From IMG/VR virus record IMGVR_UViG_3300021400_001310, positions 32,001 through 96,000 of that record: 64,000 bases of DNA. The stretch is one strand, 5' to 3'. Below the pieces are notes generated by a model. That model saw only the letters and a program-made list of their open reading frames with translations, was not told the DNA's origin and searched no databases. The position numbers and the translations under genes are program-made. This document shows, one piece after another, positions 19,726 through 30,078 of the stretch (position 1 is the first letter of the stretch; each line of letters opens with the position of its first letter). The stretch is from a virus (taxonomy: Duplodnaviria > Caudoviricetes).

Positions 19726-22108
19726 TAAGCTGCCACCCTTTTAACATTGTTTTAATCTCATTAACCCCAATAAGTTTGTTTACTTCACCATTCTTTATAA
19801 TTACAAGCGTAGGAGCTTGTCTTATATTAAATAATTTCGCAAGCTCTGGATTGCTGTCTGCATAAATTTTCTCATATGGAAATCCAACTTTATCAAGAGA
19901 GGCGGAAGCGATTTTACAATTCGGACATGTTGATGTTGCAAACAAATAAGTTTTATCATCAGCAGGCACATACGAAACCGAAGACGTTTCTGTTGTTTGA
20001 TATTCATTAGTTGACTCCATACTATTCTTTTTAAGATAAGAATGAGTAATATCGTAAACCTTACGGTCTATGTATTCCTGAGCTTTACCGTCGTTCCAAT
20101 TCTGAACGGGGCGGTAATAACCTGTGATACGGCTGTAAACTTCCGTCGGCTTACCACATTCAGGACATACCATCTGCTCTCCAACTATATACCCATGGTC
20201 TTTACATACCGAATAAGTCGGAGACATCGTGTAGTAAGGAAGCTTATAGTTTTCCGCTATCTTGCGGACAAGAGTTGCCGCCGCTTTCCAGTCCGGAAGC
20301 TTCTCGCCGAGGAATGCGTGGAAAACTGTACCCGAAGTGTAAAGAGTCTGGAGTTCGTCCTGAATATCGAGAGCTGAGAAAACGTCCTCTGTGAATCCAA
20401 CAGGAAGATGTGAAGAGTTGGTGTAGTAAGGAGTTCCGTTTTCGTTGGCTGTGATGATTTCGGGGAAATGCTTCTTGTCGTGCTTTGCAAGACGGTAAGC
20501 CGTTGACTCTGCGGGAGTAGCCTCAAGGTTGTAAAGATCGCCGTACTCTTCCTGATAGTCGGAAAGGCGCTCACGCATATGGTTGAGAACTTCAATTGAA
20601 AAATCCTGAGTCTCTTTGCTGGTCATATCTTTCCTTATCCAGCTTGCGTTAAGTCCTGCTTCGTTCATGCCGACAAGACCGATAGTTGAGAAATGGTTGT
20701 TGAAGGTGCCGAGGTATCTCTTTGTGTAGGGATAAAGTCCGTTGTCAAGAAGCTTGGTGATAACCGTTCTCTTAACCTTGAGCGAACGCGCGGCAATGTC
20801 CATCATCTTGTCAAGACGTCTGAAGAAATCCTCTTTATCTTTGGAAAGATATGCGATTCTCGGCATATTGATGGTAACTACGCCGACTGAGCCTGTGCTC
20901 TCGCCTGAGCCGAAGAAACCGCCTGATTTCTTTCTGAGTTCACGAAGGTCAAGACGAAGACGGCAGCACATCGAACGAACGTCCGAAGGCTCCATATCGG
21001 AATTGATGTAGTTTGAGAAGTAAGGAGTGCCGTATTTTGCGGTCATTTCAAAGAGAAGACGGTTGTTTTCCGTGTCTGACCAGTCAAAATCTCTTGTGAT
21101 CGAATAAGTCGGGATAGGATACTGGAAGCCTCTGCCGTTGGCGTCGCCTTCAATCATCACTTCTATAAACGCCTTGTTAATCATATCCATCTCTTTTTTA
21201 CAGTCTTTGTATTTGAAGTCAACCTCTTTGCCCCCAACAATACAGTTAAGCTCTGCGAGGTCACTGGGAACAGTCCAGTCGAGGGTAATATTTGTAAACG
21301 GGCTTTGAGTTCCCCATCTTGACGGAGTGTTTACACCATAAATGAATGATTGGATACACTGCTTAACTTCTTTATAACTAAGATTATCTGCTCTTACAAA
21401 TGGAGCAAGATAGGTATCGAATGACGAGAAAGCCTGAGCGCCCGCCCATTCGTTCTGCATGATGCCGAGGAAGTTTACCATCTGATTACACAGCGTTGAA
21501 AGATGAGCTGCAGGCGATGAAGTAATTTTGCCTGAGACTCCGCCCAATCCTTCCTGAATAAGCTGCTTTAATGACCAACCTGCACAATAACCCGTTAACA
21601 TTGAAAGGTCGTGAATGTGGATATCAGCGTTGCGGTGAGCGTTAGCAATTTCCTGATCATATATTTCGGAAAGCCAGTAGTTGGCTGTGATAGCGCCTGA
21701 GTTTGAAAGAATAAGACCGCCAACCGAATAAGTAACGGTTGAATTCTCTTTAACACGCCAATCGTTAACATTTAAATAATCGTCAACAATCGTTTTATAA
21801 TTAACAGTTGTACTGTCTATATTTCTAATATTTTCTCTTTGCTTTCTATATAAAATATATTTCTTTGCGATATCATCGAAACCGCCTTTAATCAAAACAG
21901 ACTCGACGCTATCCTGAATATCTTCAACTGATACTTTTGAATCTGAAATTTTATTATCTAAATCAGATATAACTTTTAATGATAAGAAGTCGATAGTATC
22001 GTCATTATATTGTTTGTCACAAGCAGTAAATGCTTTCTTTACTGCTACTCTAATCTTATTAACATCAAAAGTTTCAATGTCACCATTTCTTTTTACAACT
22101 TCGTACAT
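19709..22108 (-). CDS. nrdD: Anaerobic (class III) ribonucleotide reductase with ATP cone and C-terminal glutaredoxin-like domain
   Basis: VVKRNG ATP cone; RSMCCRL finger loop; CxxH..CxxC Zn site; SRITGYY glycyl radical; TCPNC..APTL Grx tail. Confidence 0.95.
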   Translation of the reverse strand: MYEVVKRNGDIETFDVNKIRVAVKKAFTACDKQYNDDTIDFLSLKVISDLDNKISDSKVSVEDIQDSVESVLIKGGFDDIAKKYILYRKQRENIRNIDSTTVNYKTIVDDYLNVNDWRVKENSTVTYSVGGLILSNSGAITANYWLSEIYDQEIANAHRNADIHIHDLSMLTGYCAGWSLKQLIQEGLGGVSGKITSSPAAHLSTLCNQMVNFLGIMQNEWAGAQAFSSFDTYLAPFVRADNLSYKEVKQCIQSFIYGVNTPSRWGTQSPFTNITLDWTVPSDLAELNCIVGGKEVDFKYKDCKKEMDMINKAFIEVMIEGDANGRGFQYPIPTYSITRDFDWSDTENNRLLFEMTAKYGTPYFSNYINSDMEPSDVRSMCCRLRLDLRELRKKSGGFFGSGESTGSVGVVTINMPRIAYLSKDKEDFFRRLDKMMDIAARSLKVKRTVITKLLDNGLYPYTKRYLGTFNNHFSTIGLVGMNEAGLNASWIRKDMTSKETQDFSIEVLNHMRERLSDYQEEYGDLYNLEATPAESTAYRLAKHDKKHFPEIITANENGTPYYTNSSHLPVGFTEDVFSALDIQDELQTLYTSGTVFHAFLGEKLPDWKAAATLVRKIAENYKLPYYTMSPTYSVCKDHGYIVGEQMVCPECGKPTEVYSRITGYYRPVQNWNDGKAQEYIDRKVYDITHSYLKKNSMESTNEYQTTETSSVSYVPADDKTYLFATSTCPNCKIASASLDKVGFPYEKIYADSNPELAKLFNIRQAPTLVIIKNGEVNKLIGVNEIKTMLKGWQLNDSQT

Positions 22109-22662
22109 TATTCTTTATCACCATCCTCGTCTATTAAGTCGACCACCTCTTTAAATGCCAAGACAGCCTCGTCTAAATTCATATGATACTCTGTGTTTGT
22201 AATGATAAAATCCGTTTCATTTACCAATCCGTAATATTGACCGACATCAGAAAGATTTCTTCTATAAGCCTCATCAATATCGTCTCCCCTTGAAAGAATA
22301 TTGATTAACCTTGACCTACGATCTACATATAAATATACAGACGAAACATCATATCCTAATTTTTTAATTAGTCTGAACATACTTGGCGTTATTGTACAAA
22401 TGGCTTTGTCTGACTTGCATTCTTCGGCAGGTATTCCATAAAACCAACCACGCCATACTTCAGCTACAAGAAGAAAATCATTTTTAATTAACTTCTCAAA
22501 TGCTTTCTCAGATACAAAATGATAATCAACTCCATCTTTTTCATCTGGTCTCTTAGGTCTTGTAGTATAAAGAACTATGTTATGATATTTTGGATTCTTA
22601 TCTACAAATGATTTAACTAATGACGACTTCCCACAGCCGCTCTCTCCTAAAACAGCAATCAA
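22108..22662 (-). CDS. gmk: Guanylate kinase
   Basis: GESGCGKS, TTRPKR..E.DGVDYHFVS. Confidence 0.9.
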   Translation of the reverse strand: MIAVLGESGCGKSSLVKSFVDKNPKYHNIVLYTTRPKRPDEKDGVDYHFVSEKAFEKLIKNDFLLVAEVWRGWFYGIPAEECKSDKAICTITPSMFRLIKKLGYDVSSVYLYVDRRSRLINILSRGDDIDEAYRRNLSDVGQYYGLVNETDFIITNTEYHMNLDEAVLAFKEVVDLIDEDGDKE

Positions 22663-22666
22663 ATTA

Positions 22667-23341
22667 TTACACCTCTTTCTTCGGCATCTTACCGCAACTA
22701 TTTGTTTCTGTACAATAGCCGTACAATTTGCATTTTGGCTTCATATAATTCTTAATGATGAAGCTCCACTCTGGTGAATACTCGTACAATTCTTTATATA
22801 AGTCACGCAGCAATTCTCTAAATTCCCAATTTGCACGAGAACATAATCTCTGATGTGACATATCTATTAAATGTCTAAGGTTGCATTTATCAACCATTGT
22901 CGTTTCCATACATAAAGGAAGCAGCATACCGGCGTCTTCTCTCGGTATTCCCATTGCTTCCAATTCTGCAACCGATTTTTGAATAGTCTCATTAGCTTGT
23001 TCGAATATGTATAAAGCTTTTGGATCGTAACTTACCGTTTTCGGTATTACATATGGATATTCCGAATAATTTATATATCTTGTACTTGCTTGTAATCTGG
23101 AAGGTGCTCCGCCGATATGAGTATAAAATTCACGAATAACTCTTGCCGAGTAACCCTCGGCAAGAAACTCAATGTTAGGAAACTCTAACGTTCTTCCATG
23201 ATTTGATTTTAAACATTCAAGACCTCTTTTATAATTTTTGTTATAGTCATCAACTTTTGCTCCCCAACAATAGCCTGCTCGTTCACCAATTAAGGATATT
23301 GGGTTTACTGTTGTGGAATTTAAAATTGTAATTCTTCCCAT
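22667..23341 (-). CDS. thyX: FAD-dependent thymidylate synthase
   Basis: H..TLE, QASTRY, REDA..LLP, RLC.RA.WE.R. Confidence 0.85.
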   Translation of the reverse strand: MGRITILNSTTVNPISLIGERAGYCWGAKVDDYNKNYKRGLECLKSNHGRTLEFPNIEFLAEGYSARVIREFYTHIGGAPSRLQASTRYINYSEYPYVIPKTVSYDPKALYIFEQANETIQKSVAELEAMGIPREDAGMLLPLCMETTMVDKCNLRHLIDMSHQRLCSRANWEFRELLRDLYKELYEYSPEWSFIIKNYMKPKCKLYGYCTETNSCGKMPKKEV

Positions 23342-23344
23342 TTA

Positions 23345-23545
23345 TTATTTCCTTTCGTTTTCGATAATAGGACTGGTGACGCAATTATCAATAAGATTGT
23401 CTAAGCATTTACAACAAATATGTATTTTGACGTGCTCTCCGTCATACTTACTTCCAAAGGCTAAAACACGTTCGATAACTGTTGATGCATTAACATCTAA
23501 CATATTTGATATTGATTCTCCGCAAACATTACATTTAAGATTCAT
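23345..23545 (-). CDS. Small Zn-finger protein
   Basis: CxxC...CxxC, FGSKYDG. Confidence 0.6.
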   Translation of the reverse strand: MNLKCNVCGESISNMLDVNASTVIERVLAFGSKYDGEHVKIHICCKCLDNLIDNCVTSPIIENERK

Positions 23546-23891
23546 TTGTATCGTCTCCCTTTTTGTTTATAAATTTAGATATTATTTTTTGAACCTCTTC
23601 GTCTTTAATAGCTTTACGTGAACTACTAATTGATGTCGCTTCGTCGGTAATAAAGAAACTTACGTAATTTGCATCTTCTTCTTTTGTATGTTCTTCTTGT
23701 ATTATTGCTATAACTAAAATTGCTATAAACATTATAATAAAAGAGAAAACAAATACAGCCTTATGTTCGTTTACGATGTTTGTGTACCGATTGTTTATAT
23801 TTATAAACGCTGCAATAATAGGCATTATAAAAATCATTAAGCAGGTTTTTATATAATTTAGTGGTGCTTTTATATAAATCAGTCCTTTCAC
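23535..23891 (-). CDS. Membrane protein
   Basis: Two TM helices. Confidence 0.55.
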   Translation of the reverse strand: MKGLIYIKAPLNYIKTCLMIFIMPIIAAFININNRYTNIVNEHKAVFVFSFIIMFIAILVIAIIQEEHTKEEDANYVSFFITDEATSISSSRKAIKDEEVQKIISKFINKKGDDTNES

Positions 23892-23924
23892 CGTTATAAA
23901 ATCACGGTTTTATTTTAAATTTTG

Positions 23925-24566
23925 TTATGTATATTTAACTATCTTGTTTGATTTTTGAAACACCCAAAAATAACTATGATATTTTCGAGCGCTTTTTTGG
24001 TTGGCTTTCTGCCAATCCGCTACTAATCGTACCTTAGCTGTCAGAATAAATAAGTCTTTAGGATAAAACCCTGCCTTTACAGCTTCGTTAGCGATAAATA
24101 CGTGACTCATATATTGTGTACTGCTGCTAACTTTATCCTGACATTTAAATATCAAGATTCCCTTATTCTTAAGAACACGATTAAACTCCACCATACTATC
24201 AATATAATATTGATGTAATAGTTTTTCATTTGGAAAAACCGTATACCATTTATTAATCTTATTGTTATCATCATCTTGCTCTAATGAACGACCCTTTGTT
24301 GCTAAAAATGGCGGATCAAACATTATGCAATTTATTGAGTTATCTTCAAGAGGTAACTCTCTACTATCTCTCTTTTCTACAAATGAAAATTTTGGATTTA
24401 TATCATAGCAATATTGTGGAATCTCTATTCCGTCTTTATAAAACAACCCGTTCCCATAGGTGGGATCGCAATCTATTTTCTTTCCCGGTACGTGTAAATC
24501 CAAAATACCCTTTATTATTTCTGTTTGTTCGTATGAAACACTTTTTACCATTCTATTTATTATCAT
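23925..24566 (-). CDS. Orphan DNA amino-methyltransferase
   Basis: DPTYGNGLF SAM motif and FDPPF catalytic motif; start placed after the dnaE stop. Confidence 0.8.
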   Translation of the reverse strand: MIINRMVKSVSYEQTEIIKGILDLHVPGKKIDCDPTYGNGLFYKDGIEIPQYCYDINPKFSFVEKRDSRELPLEDNSINCIMFDPPFLATKGRSLEQDDDNNKINKWYTVFPNEKLLHQYYIDSMVEFNRVLKNKGILIFKCQDKVSSSTQYMSHVFIANEAVKAGFYPKDLFILTAKVRLVADWQKANQKSARKYHSYFWVFQKSNKIVKYT

Positions 24567-24567
24567 C

Positions 24568-27500
24568 CTAACAATAAATTTTGTTATATCCGAGTAACCA
24601 ATAATATTGATTTCTTTTTTCCCATGACGTACATTGTATAGTCTCACCTTTTTCAATTGGAGAGTGTTTATATATATAATTAGGTAGAGTGAAAAGGCTG
24701 TCTTTTCCGCTTCCAATAGAATGTGTTTTAACACTATATCCAAAAAGTTTATTATCTTTATGCCTACGCAAAGGATAAATATCAACTATGTATAATTTTC
24801 TTCTGTCGCTCTCTTTCCCTGAGCTATACCCCGGATAACCCATAATGTCCACAAAGTTCGCCATTTTTAAATATGTGCTCAAGTCTTCAACGTGAAGGTC
24901 TTTGATTTGATTTTCAGTCTCTCTAAGCAAAGATTCTACGTCTAAAACTGTATAACTCTTTGCTTCACCGCCAGACTTTGTGGTGCTGATCGAATACTTT
25001 TTTATAACGGATTCTAATCGACTTCCTTCAACTTTGACTTTTGGAATCTTCCTTACTTGACCCTTATTAAAAATACCGTAGAAAAGCTCAAACATTTTCA
25101 GAAGTTCTCGTTGATTGCCAAAATCAGAGAAGAAATCAATCTTAATCAGTATGTCTAATTGTTTTTGGTCAATCTTTGTTTCATTTGCAATATCGTCTAA
25201 CAAGTCAAAGAAATAGTCATACTGATTATCCTTCGATAATTCGAATAGCTGTTTACCTGCTGAAGAACCCATATATTTAATTGAACCTAATCCTTTTGCT
25301 ATTGTATTTTTTTCGGTGTTAAAGAAGTATTCTTCTTTCGAGACTCCCCATTTTGGCATAGTTACTTTTATACCAGATTTGGTTGCATACTCTGTGCCGT
25401 TCTTTATATCATCTTCGTTGGCAGCGTTGTTAAGAAACGCTGTCAAAAATTCTAAAGGATGATAATATCTGTAGTACGCACATAGGTATCCAAGCATACA
25501 ATACGCAATGGAATGATTATACCCAAATTGATAGTTTGAACTATCTTCAATAATTTGTAAAAACTCTTTAGCTTCTTTTTCTGCTTCTTCTCTTGGTTTA
25601 GGTGACTTACTGCAATACCCGTCAAGTATTGAAGGAAGGGCGGCGTCTAATCTATCTTTCTGCTTCCGACCGATTGCACGCCTAATGTTGTCAGACGCGC
25701 TACCCGATAAACCACAAATCTGTTGCAAAAACTTAATTGTATCTTCTTGATAAATCAAATACCCAAGATTGTCTTTAAGTAATTCATCAATTATATCTGA
25801 GGGATTACTATGAATTTTTCTTGCAAGCAAGTCATCTCTGTATGAAGTTCCTGATGGTCTTATACAGGCTGTGACAATTGACATATCAAAAATATTTTGA
25901 GGTTTAAATCTCCTTAAACAGTCAAACGAAAATTTACTTTCAAACTGAAAAATTCCAGATGGACTTCTAATCATATCTGCCCATACATTTTTATCATTCC
26001 AATCTATTTCGTGCGATTTAGGATATGGTTGATTTAGATAATTACAAGTATCTCTAATTACCTGCACAGTCTTTAAAATCAAGAAGTCGTATTTTGCAAG
26101 ACCGGTATAATCGTGAACATTATCCATATCTAACATCAGACAAATTTCTCCGTCTTTATCAAAGACACCAAAGTTATCGTTTAATGTGATCGGACTGATA
26201 ACCATTCCGGCAGGATGAACAGATTGAGATACCTTTGTTCCCACTAAACCATCAAAGTAGTAGAAGATATCTGGGTATTTATTCTTTGTCTCCTCTGGAG
26301 ACTGTGAGTATTCGCTTTTTATTTGTGCTATTTTGTCATAATTATACGGGTTTTCTTTAATCTTTTCATTAAACTTATATCCACGATTCTGATTCCATCG
26401 GTACATTAACGCTCTGCCAATTTCGTCTATAACACTTTTATCAGCGAGAGTTCCGAAAGAAGCTACACGGGCTGTCTTATCAGCACCGAATCTTTGTATT
26501 ATATGTTCAAAAATAGCTGGTCGGTCTGATTCGACGCAATCTATATCGATATCTCCGATCTCTTCTCTATCTTCGTTACAGAATCTTGAAAATACCGTAT
26601 GCCAAGTTTCTGGATCAAGGTCAATGATATCAGTTACATAAGCTACTCTTGATCCACCGACGGAGCCTCTTGCTATGCCGATTGCCATATTCTGAGATTT
26701 GCACCAAGATATAAGCTCTGACATGGACAGCATAAACCCTTCCATGTGTAACTTTTTAAAAACCCTAACCTCTTCCTTAATTGCAGACTCAAAAGCTTCA
26801 ACTTGTTCAGGCGGGATTATCCTCTCTTCAACTTTTGAATCAAATTTCTCTTTGATAGTTTGCTCGAATATTTCAGCATCTTTTTCTCTTGTTCCGTAAA
26901 GAATCGGATACTTAATAGATGTATCTAATTCTATTTCTTCTGTTAGTTCATCAAGCAAATTTGTATTATTAAGCGCTTTAACATATTCTTCTTCCGGTAA
27001 AGCATTTTGCTCTTTGAACATTTCTAATATTTCATCATATGTTTTATATGTTAAATCAAATTTATCATCTGAGTATGACTTGCGTTTAGCTTCTAAAAGA
27101 ATATCTCTACACTCTGATTTATATTGAGATGAGCTGTGCGTGTCAGTTCCCACTATTAGAGGCTTATCAATTCTTTTGGATAAAACAAATAGTCGTTTAT
27201 TATACTCAGCCTGTTCCTCACAGATGTGAGGTTGTATTTCTAAAAAATCGTATTTTTTTGCCAGCTTCATATACATTGGATGTTTATCTGGCAATTTATT
27301 TAAAGGCGATGCAAGACAAGCACTTGTTGTGATTACATTATCGGACAAGTTCAAAAACTCATCAAAAGTAATTCGATTGACATAATAAAAGTGATCGTCC
27401 TTAAATGAACGGCTAACCAGATCATTTATTTCTTTTACCCCGTCCAGATTCTTTGCCATTAAAATGGTATGGTAATTATCTCTTACTTTTTCTTGTAAAG

Positions 27501-27717
27501 ATTCTGTCATATATATCTCAACAGAATGTATATATTTAATTCCTGCCCGTTTGCAAGCTGCCCATTTTTCTGTCCAATTGGAAATCTTGCCGTGTTCGCT
27601 TATTGATAAAGCTTTAGAGCCATCTCTTACACATAACTCTACATACTCTTTAGCATCCGTACAGCTATCAAGTAAACTATAATCACTATGACAGTGATAC
27701 ATTATATAATTATTAAT
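24568..27717 (-). CDS. dnaE: DNA polymerase III alpha subunit; probable ATT start
   Basis: HCHSDYSLLD PHP domain, RGSVGGS, DIDID, HPAG, FGYNHS; GGGGGTG RBS 5 nt before ATT 27717. Confidence 0.95.
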   Translation of the reverse strand: MNNYIMYHCHSDYSLLDSCTDAKEYVELCVRDGSKALSISEHGKISNWTEKWAACKRAGIKYIHSVEIYMTESLQEKVRDNYHTILMAKNLDGVKEINDLVSRSFKDDHFYYVNRITFDEFLNLSDNVITTSACLASPLNKLPDKHPMYMKLAKKYDFLEIQPHICEEQAEYNKRLFVLSKRIDKPLIVGTDTHSSSQYKSECRDILLEAKRKSYSDDKFDLTYKTYDEILEMFKEQNALPEEEYVKALNNTNLLDELTEEIELDTSIKYPILYGTREKDAEIFEQTIKEKFDSKVEERIIPPEQVEAFESAIKEEVRVFKKLHMEGFMLSMSELISWCKSQNMAIGIARGSVGGSRVAYVTDIIDLDPETWHTVFSRFCNEDREEIGDIDIDCVESDRPAIFEHIIQRFGADKTARVASFGTLADKSVIDEIGRALMYRWNQNRGYKFNEKIKENPYNYDKIAQIKSEYSQSPEETKNKYPDIFYYFDGLVGTKVSQSVHPAGMVISPITLNDNFGVFDKDGEICLMLDMDNVHDYTGLAKYDFLILKTVQVIRDTCNYLNQPYPKSHEIDWNDKNVWADMIRSPSGIFQFESKFSFDCLRRFKPQNIFDMSIVTACIRPSGTSYRDDLLARKIHSNPSDIIDELLKDNLGYLIYQEDTIKFLQQICGLSGSASDNIRRAIGRKQKDRLDAALPSILDGYCSKSPKPREEAEKEAKEFLQIIEDSSNYQFGYNHSIAYCMLGYLCAYYRYYHPLEFLTAFLNNAANEDDIKNGTEYATKSGIKVTMPKWGVSKEEYFFNTEKNTIAKGLGSIKYMGSSAGKQLFELSKDNQYDYFFDLLDDIANETKIDQKQLDILIKIDFFSDFGNQRELLKMFELFYGIFNKGQVRKIPKVKVEGSRLESVIKKYSISTTKSGGEAKSYTVLDVESLLRETENQIKDLHVEDLSTYLKMANFVDIMGYPGYSSGKESDRRKLYIVDIYPLRRHKDNKLFGYSVKTHSIGSGKDSLFTLPNYIYKHSPIEKGETIQCTSWEKRNQYYWLLGYNKIYC

Positions 27718-27728
27718 TTAGACACCCC

Positions 27729-28721
27729 CTAATTTAAACGACAACGTTGTTCATATAACTTTTGAAAGACTTCAACTCCTTTATCTACCGGGCTATCCTT
27801 TTCATTTAGCAAATTCCTTTTATCTTTAATGTACTCAACTGTTACAAACTGTTTTAATTTGTTAATCTGATGATCTTGTGTTACATCAATATCTTTATCT
27901 AAAGCGAAAACCACTCTACAGCCGAGCTTGGCAAGGATTTTTAATTGATTAGCATTTAGATGTGATGTTAAAATCGCTCCGGTATTACGAATTCCCCACG
28001 AATCCGCAAGCAAAACGCTCTTACATCCTTCAAAAATAATAATTTCTTTCTTCTCTTTTATATATTCAAGGTTGTCTGATAGTCCATAAATGGTATTCAT
28101 CGTTCCCCATTGATAAAAATAACAATATTTCCTTAATTTTTTTGCTTTCCAATCGCTATCAACGGTTCTTCCGCCGATATTTACTATCTTTCCATCAACA
28201 TTTTTGATTGGATATACTATTCTCTCGGAAAAACTATCATATTTTACCTGAAATTTTTCTAAAGATTCGTCCGAGATGCCTTCTGATCTCCAAATATTAA
28301 GCATATCATCACGATTTTCGTATCTATTCATATAATCATCAGCAAGAACGGTAGCTTTGCTTTGCTTAACTGTAGTTTTTGGCTTTTCAAATCGTTTAAA
28401 AACTGTCGTTGCGTTTAATTTATACCTTACCTTGATATCAACGTCGTTTAATCCTGCGTATTTCTTTAAAATCTCAACTGCTTCAGGTGCTGAACAGTTG
28501 TGATAGTGCCTAACAAACGTGTAAACATTCCCACCAATGCCAGAACTATAGTCAAAAAACACCGGTGGCTTTTGTCTGACCGAGAATGAAGGGGTTTTCT
28601 CGTCTTTGAAACAACTTAAACCCCACCATTCATCTCCTCTTTGAACTAAGTCAACATAATTCGATATAAAATCAACAATATCTATTGATTTAATTAAGTC
28701 ATCTAACTCTAATTGAATCAC
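27729..28721 (-). CDS. dnaG: DNA primase
   Basis: Degenerate Zn-binding region (EKTPSF), GGR, FEG, ALDKD Toprim. Confidence 0.85.
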   Translation of the reverse strand: MIQLELDDLIKSIDIVDFISNYVDLVQRGDEWWGLSCFKDEKTPSFSVRQKPPVFFDYSSGIGGNVYTFVRHYHNCSAPEAVEILKKYAGLNDVDIKVRYKLNATTVFKRFEKPKTTVKQSKATVLADDYMNRYENRDDMLNIWRSEGISDESLEKFQVKYDSFSERIVYPIKNVDGKIVNIGGRTVDSDWKAKKLRKYCYFYQWGTMNTIYGLSDNLEYIKEKKEIIIFEGCKSVLLADSWGIRNTGAILTSHLNANQLKILAKLGCRVVFALDKDIDVTQDHQINKLKQFVTVEYIKDKRNLLNEKDSPVDKGVEVFQKLYEQRCRLN

Positions 28722-28735
28722 CCCGCTTAGTTTTA

Positions 28736-30064
28736 TTAAAACGGCGATTGCGGAATGTGCTGTTTTGCTTCTTCGTATAAGATATGATTGCCGTCAAAGA
28801 ACAAATCAATATACTCTCCTTGAGACATCTGCATTCCATTACGATTAAACGTTACTTTAAGCTTTTTATTACCGCACTCAATACCATCAGCTTCAATTTC
28901 TTCTGGAGTTTTGTCTTGAATCATACAAATCGTACTTGCGTTTCTTGCAATTTTTGCAGAATCGGCTAACCTACCTGTTCCTGTCGCTTGAGCCGCACCT
29001 ATTGCAGCGATATTCATATCTCCGGCGATCTGATTCTTAACCATATCAACAAATCGTCCTAACTCTGCATAACTATCCCACGCATCTCCGTCACCTTTTG
29101 ATTTGAAATAATCAACAATCAGCACATCTATGCCTTGTATATGGTCGATTCTTTTAATCGCTGTATAAATAGACTGAAGATCAAATGTGGGAATATAAAT
29201 ATGTGTAAACTTCTTTGTTTTAATCCATTGAATAGCATTATCAATCTTCATCTCTTCTTCTTTTGAGTATGCTCCTACTAAAAGTTTGCGATATTCAATA
29301 CCAGACAAATGAGCTATTACTCTTGCAGTAAACATTCTTGTATTAAGCTCGCTGTCAAGATATAAAACCGACTTATCTTGCTTTAATAAATCAATAGCAC
29401 AGTTTAGAAGTAACATACTTTTACCTTGCTTTGCTTCAGCACCAAAGATTACTAATTCCCCTCTCTCAATCGAGACATAATCATTTAGTTTCGGAAACTT
29501 AAATGGTATTCCTGAGTATGTAGAATTCTGTCTCGACTTTATCTCAGCCCAATACGCATCAATTACATCTTTGTATTCAGGAAAATCATCTGCATGAGTA
29601 TATGACATTGATATTTGATCAATCTCGTCATATATCTTTTGCTCAAGATTGTCGATTGATTCGTTATAACAAAACTCTTTACTCTTATCAAGCGCAGAAA
29701 CCAAATCTCTTCGCATTGCACAATCTAAAACTTTATTAACAAGCAGTCTATATTCTTCCACTGTGTAACGAGCAATCACGTCACTCATTTCAATCAGTTC
29801 TTGTAGCTGAGTTACTGATATTTCTTTAGCAATTCTTTTCGTAGCTTCAGAAGTGTCTAATATTTCAAAAATGTTATACGCATCCACGTTGGTTACACCC
29901 TGTTCAACGAGCATTTGAATTGCTGTGTAGATATATGCGTTCTCCGATATTGAAAAATCAGCAGGATGTAAATTCTCAGACATATATATAAACTCTGGAT
30001 TATGTATAAGAGTCGCAATTATACCGGCTTCACTCTCTACGCTGCATATCTTATTGTTATCCAC
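28736..30064 (-). CDS. dnaB: Replicative helicase
   Basis: AEAKQGKS Walker A, LDSEL, LIVDY. Confidence 0.9.
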   Translation of the reverse strand: MDNNKICSVESEAGIIATLIHNPEFIYMSENLHPADFSISENAYIYTAIQMLVEQGVTNVDAYNIFEILDTSEATKRIAKEISVTQLQELIEMSDVIARYTVEEYRLLVNKVLDCAMRRDLVSALDKSKEFCYNESIDNLEQKIYDEIDQISMSYTHADDFPEYKDVIDAYWAEIKSRQNSTYSGIPFKFPKLNDYVSIERGELVIFGAEAKQGKSMLLLNCAIDLLKQDKSVLYLDSELNTRMFTARVIAHLSGIEYRKLLVGAYSKEEEMKIDNAIQWIKTKKFTHIYIPTFDLQSIYTAIKRIDHIQGIDVLIVDYFKSKGDGDAWDSYAELGRFVDMVKNQIAGDMNIAAIGAAQATGTGRLADSAKIARNASTICMIQDKTPEEIEADGIECGNKKLKVTFNRNGMQMSQGEYIDLFFDGNHILYEEAKQHIPQSPF

Positions 30065-30078
30065 GCTATCACCTCACT

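Noticed and set aside
39-22000. Shadow ORFs opposite or out of frame to long genes (e.g. 39-491, 5040-5339, 20042-20377, 20257-20595)
   Set aside because: Fully overlap well-supported genes; no motifs or RBS
24567-24785. N-terminal extension of the methyltransferase ORF
   Set aside because: Overlaps the dnaE 3' end out of frame; true start is near 24566-24551
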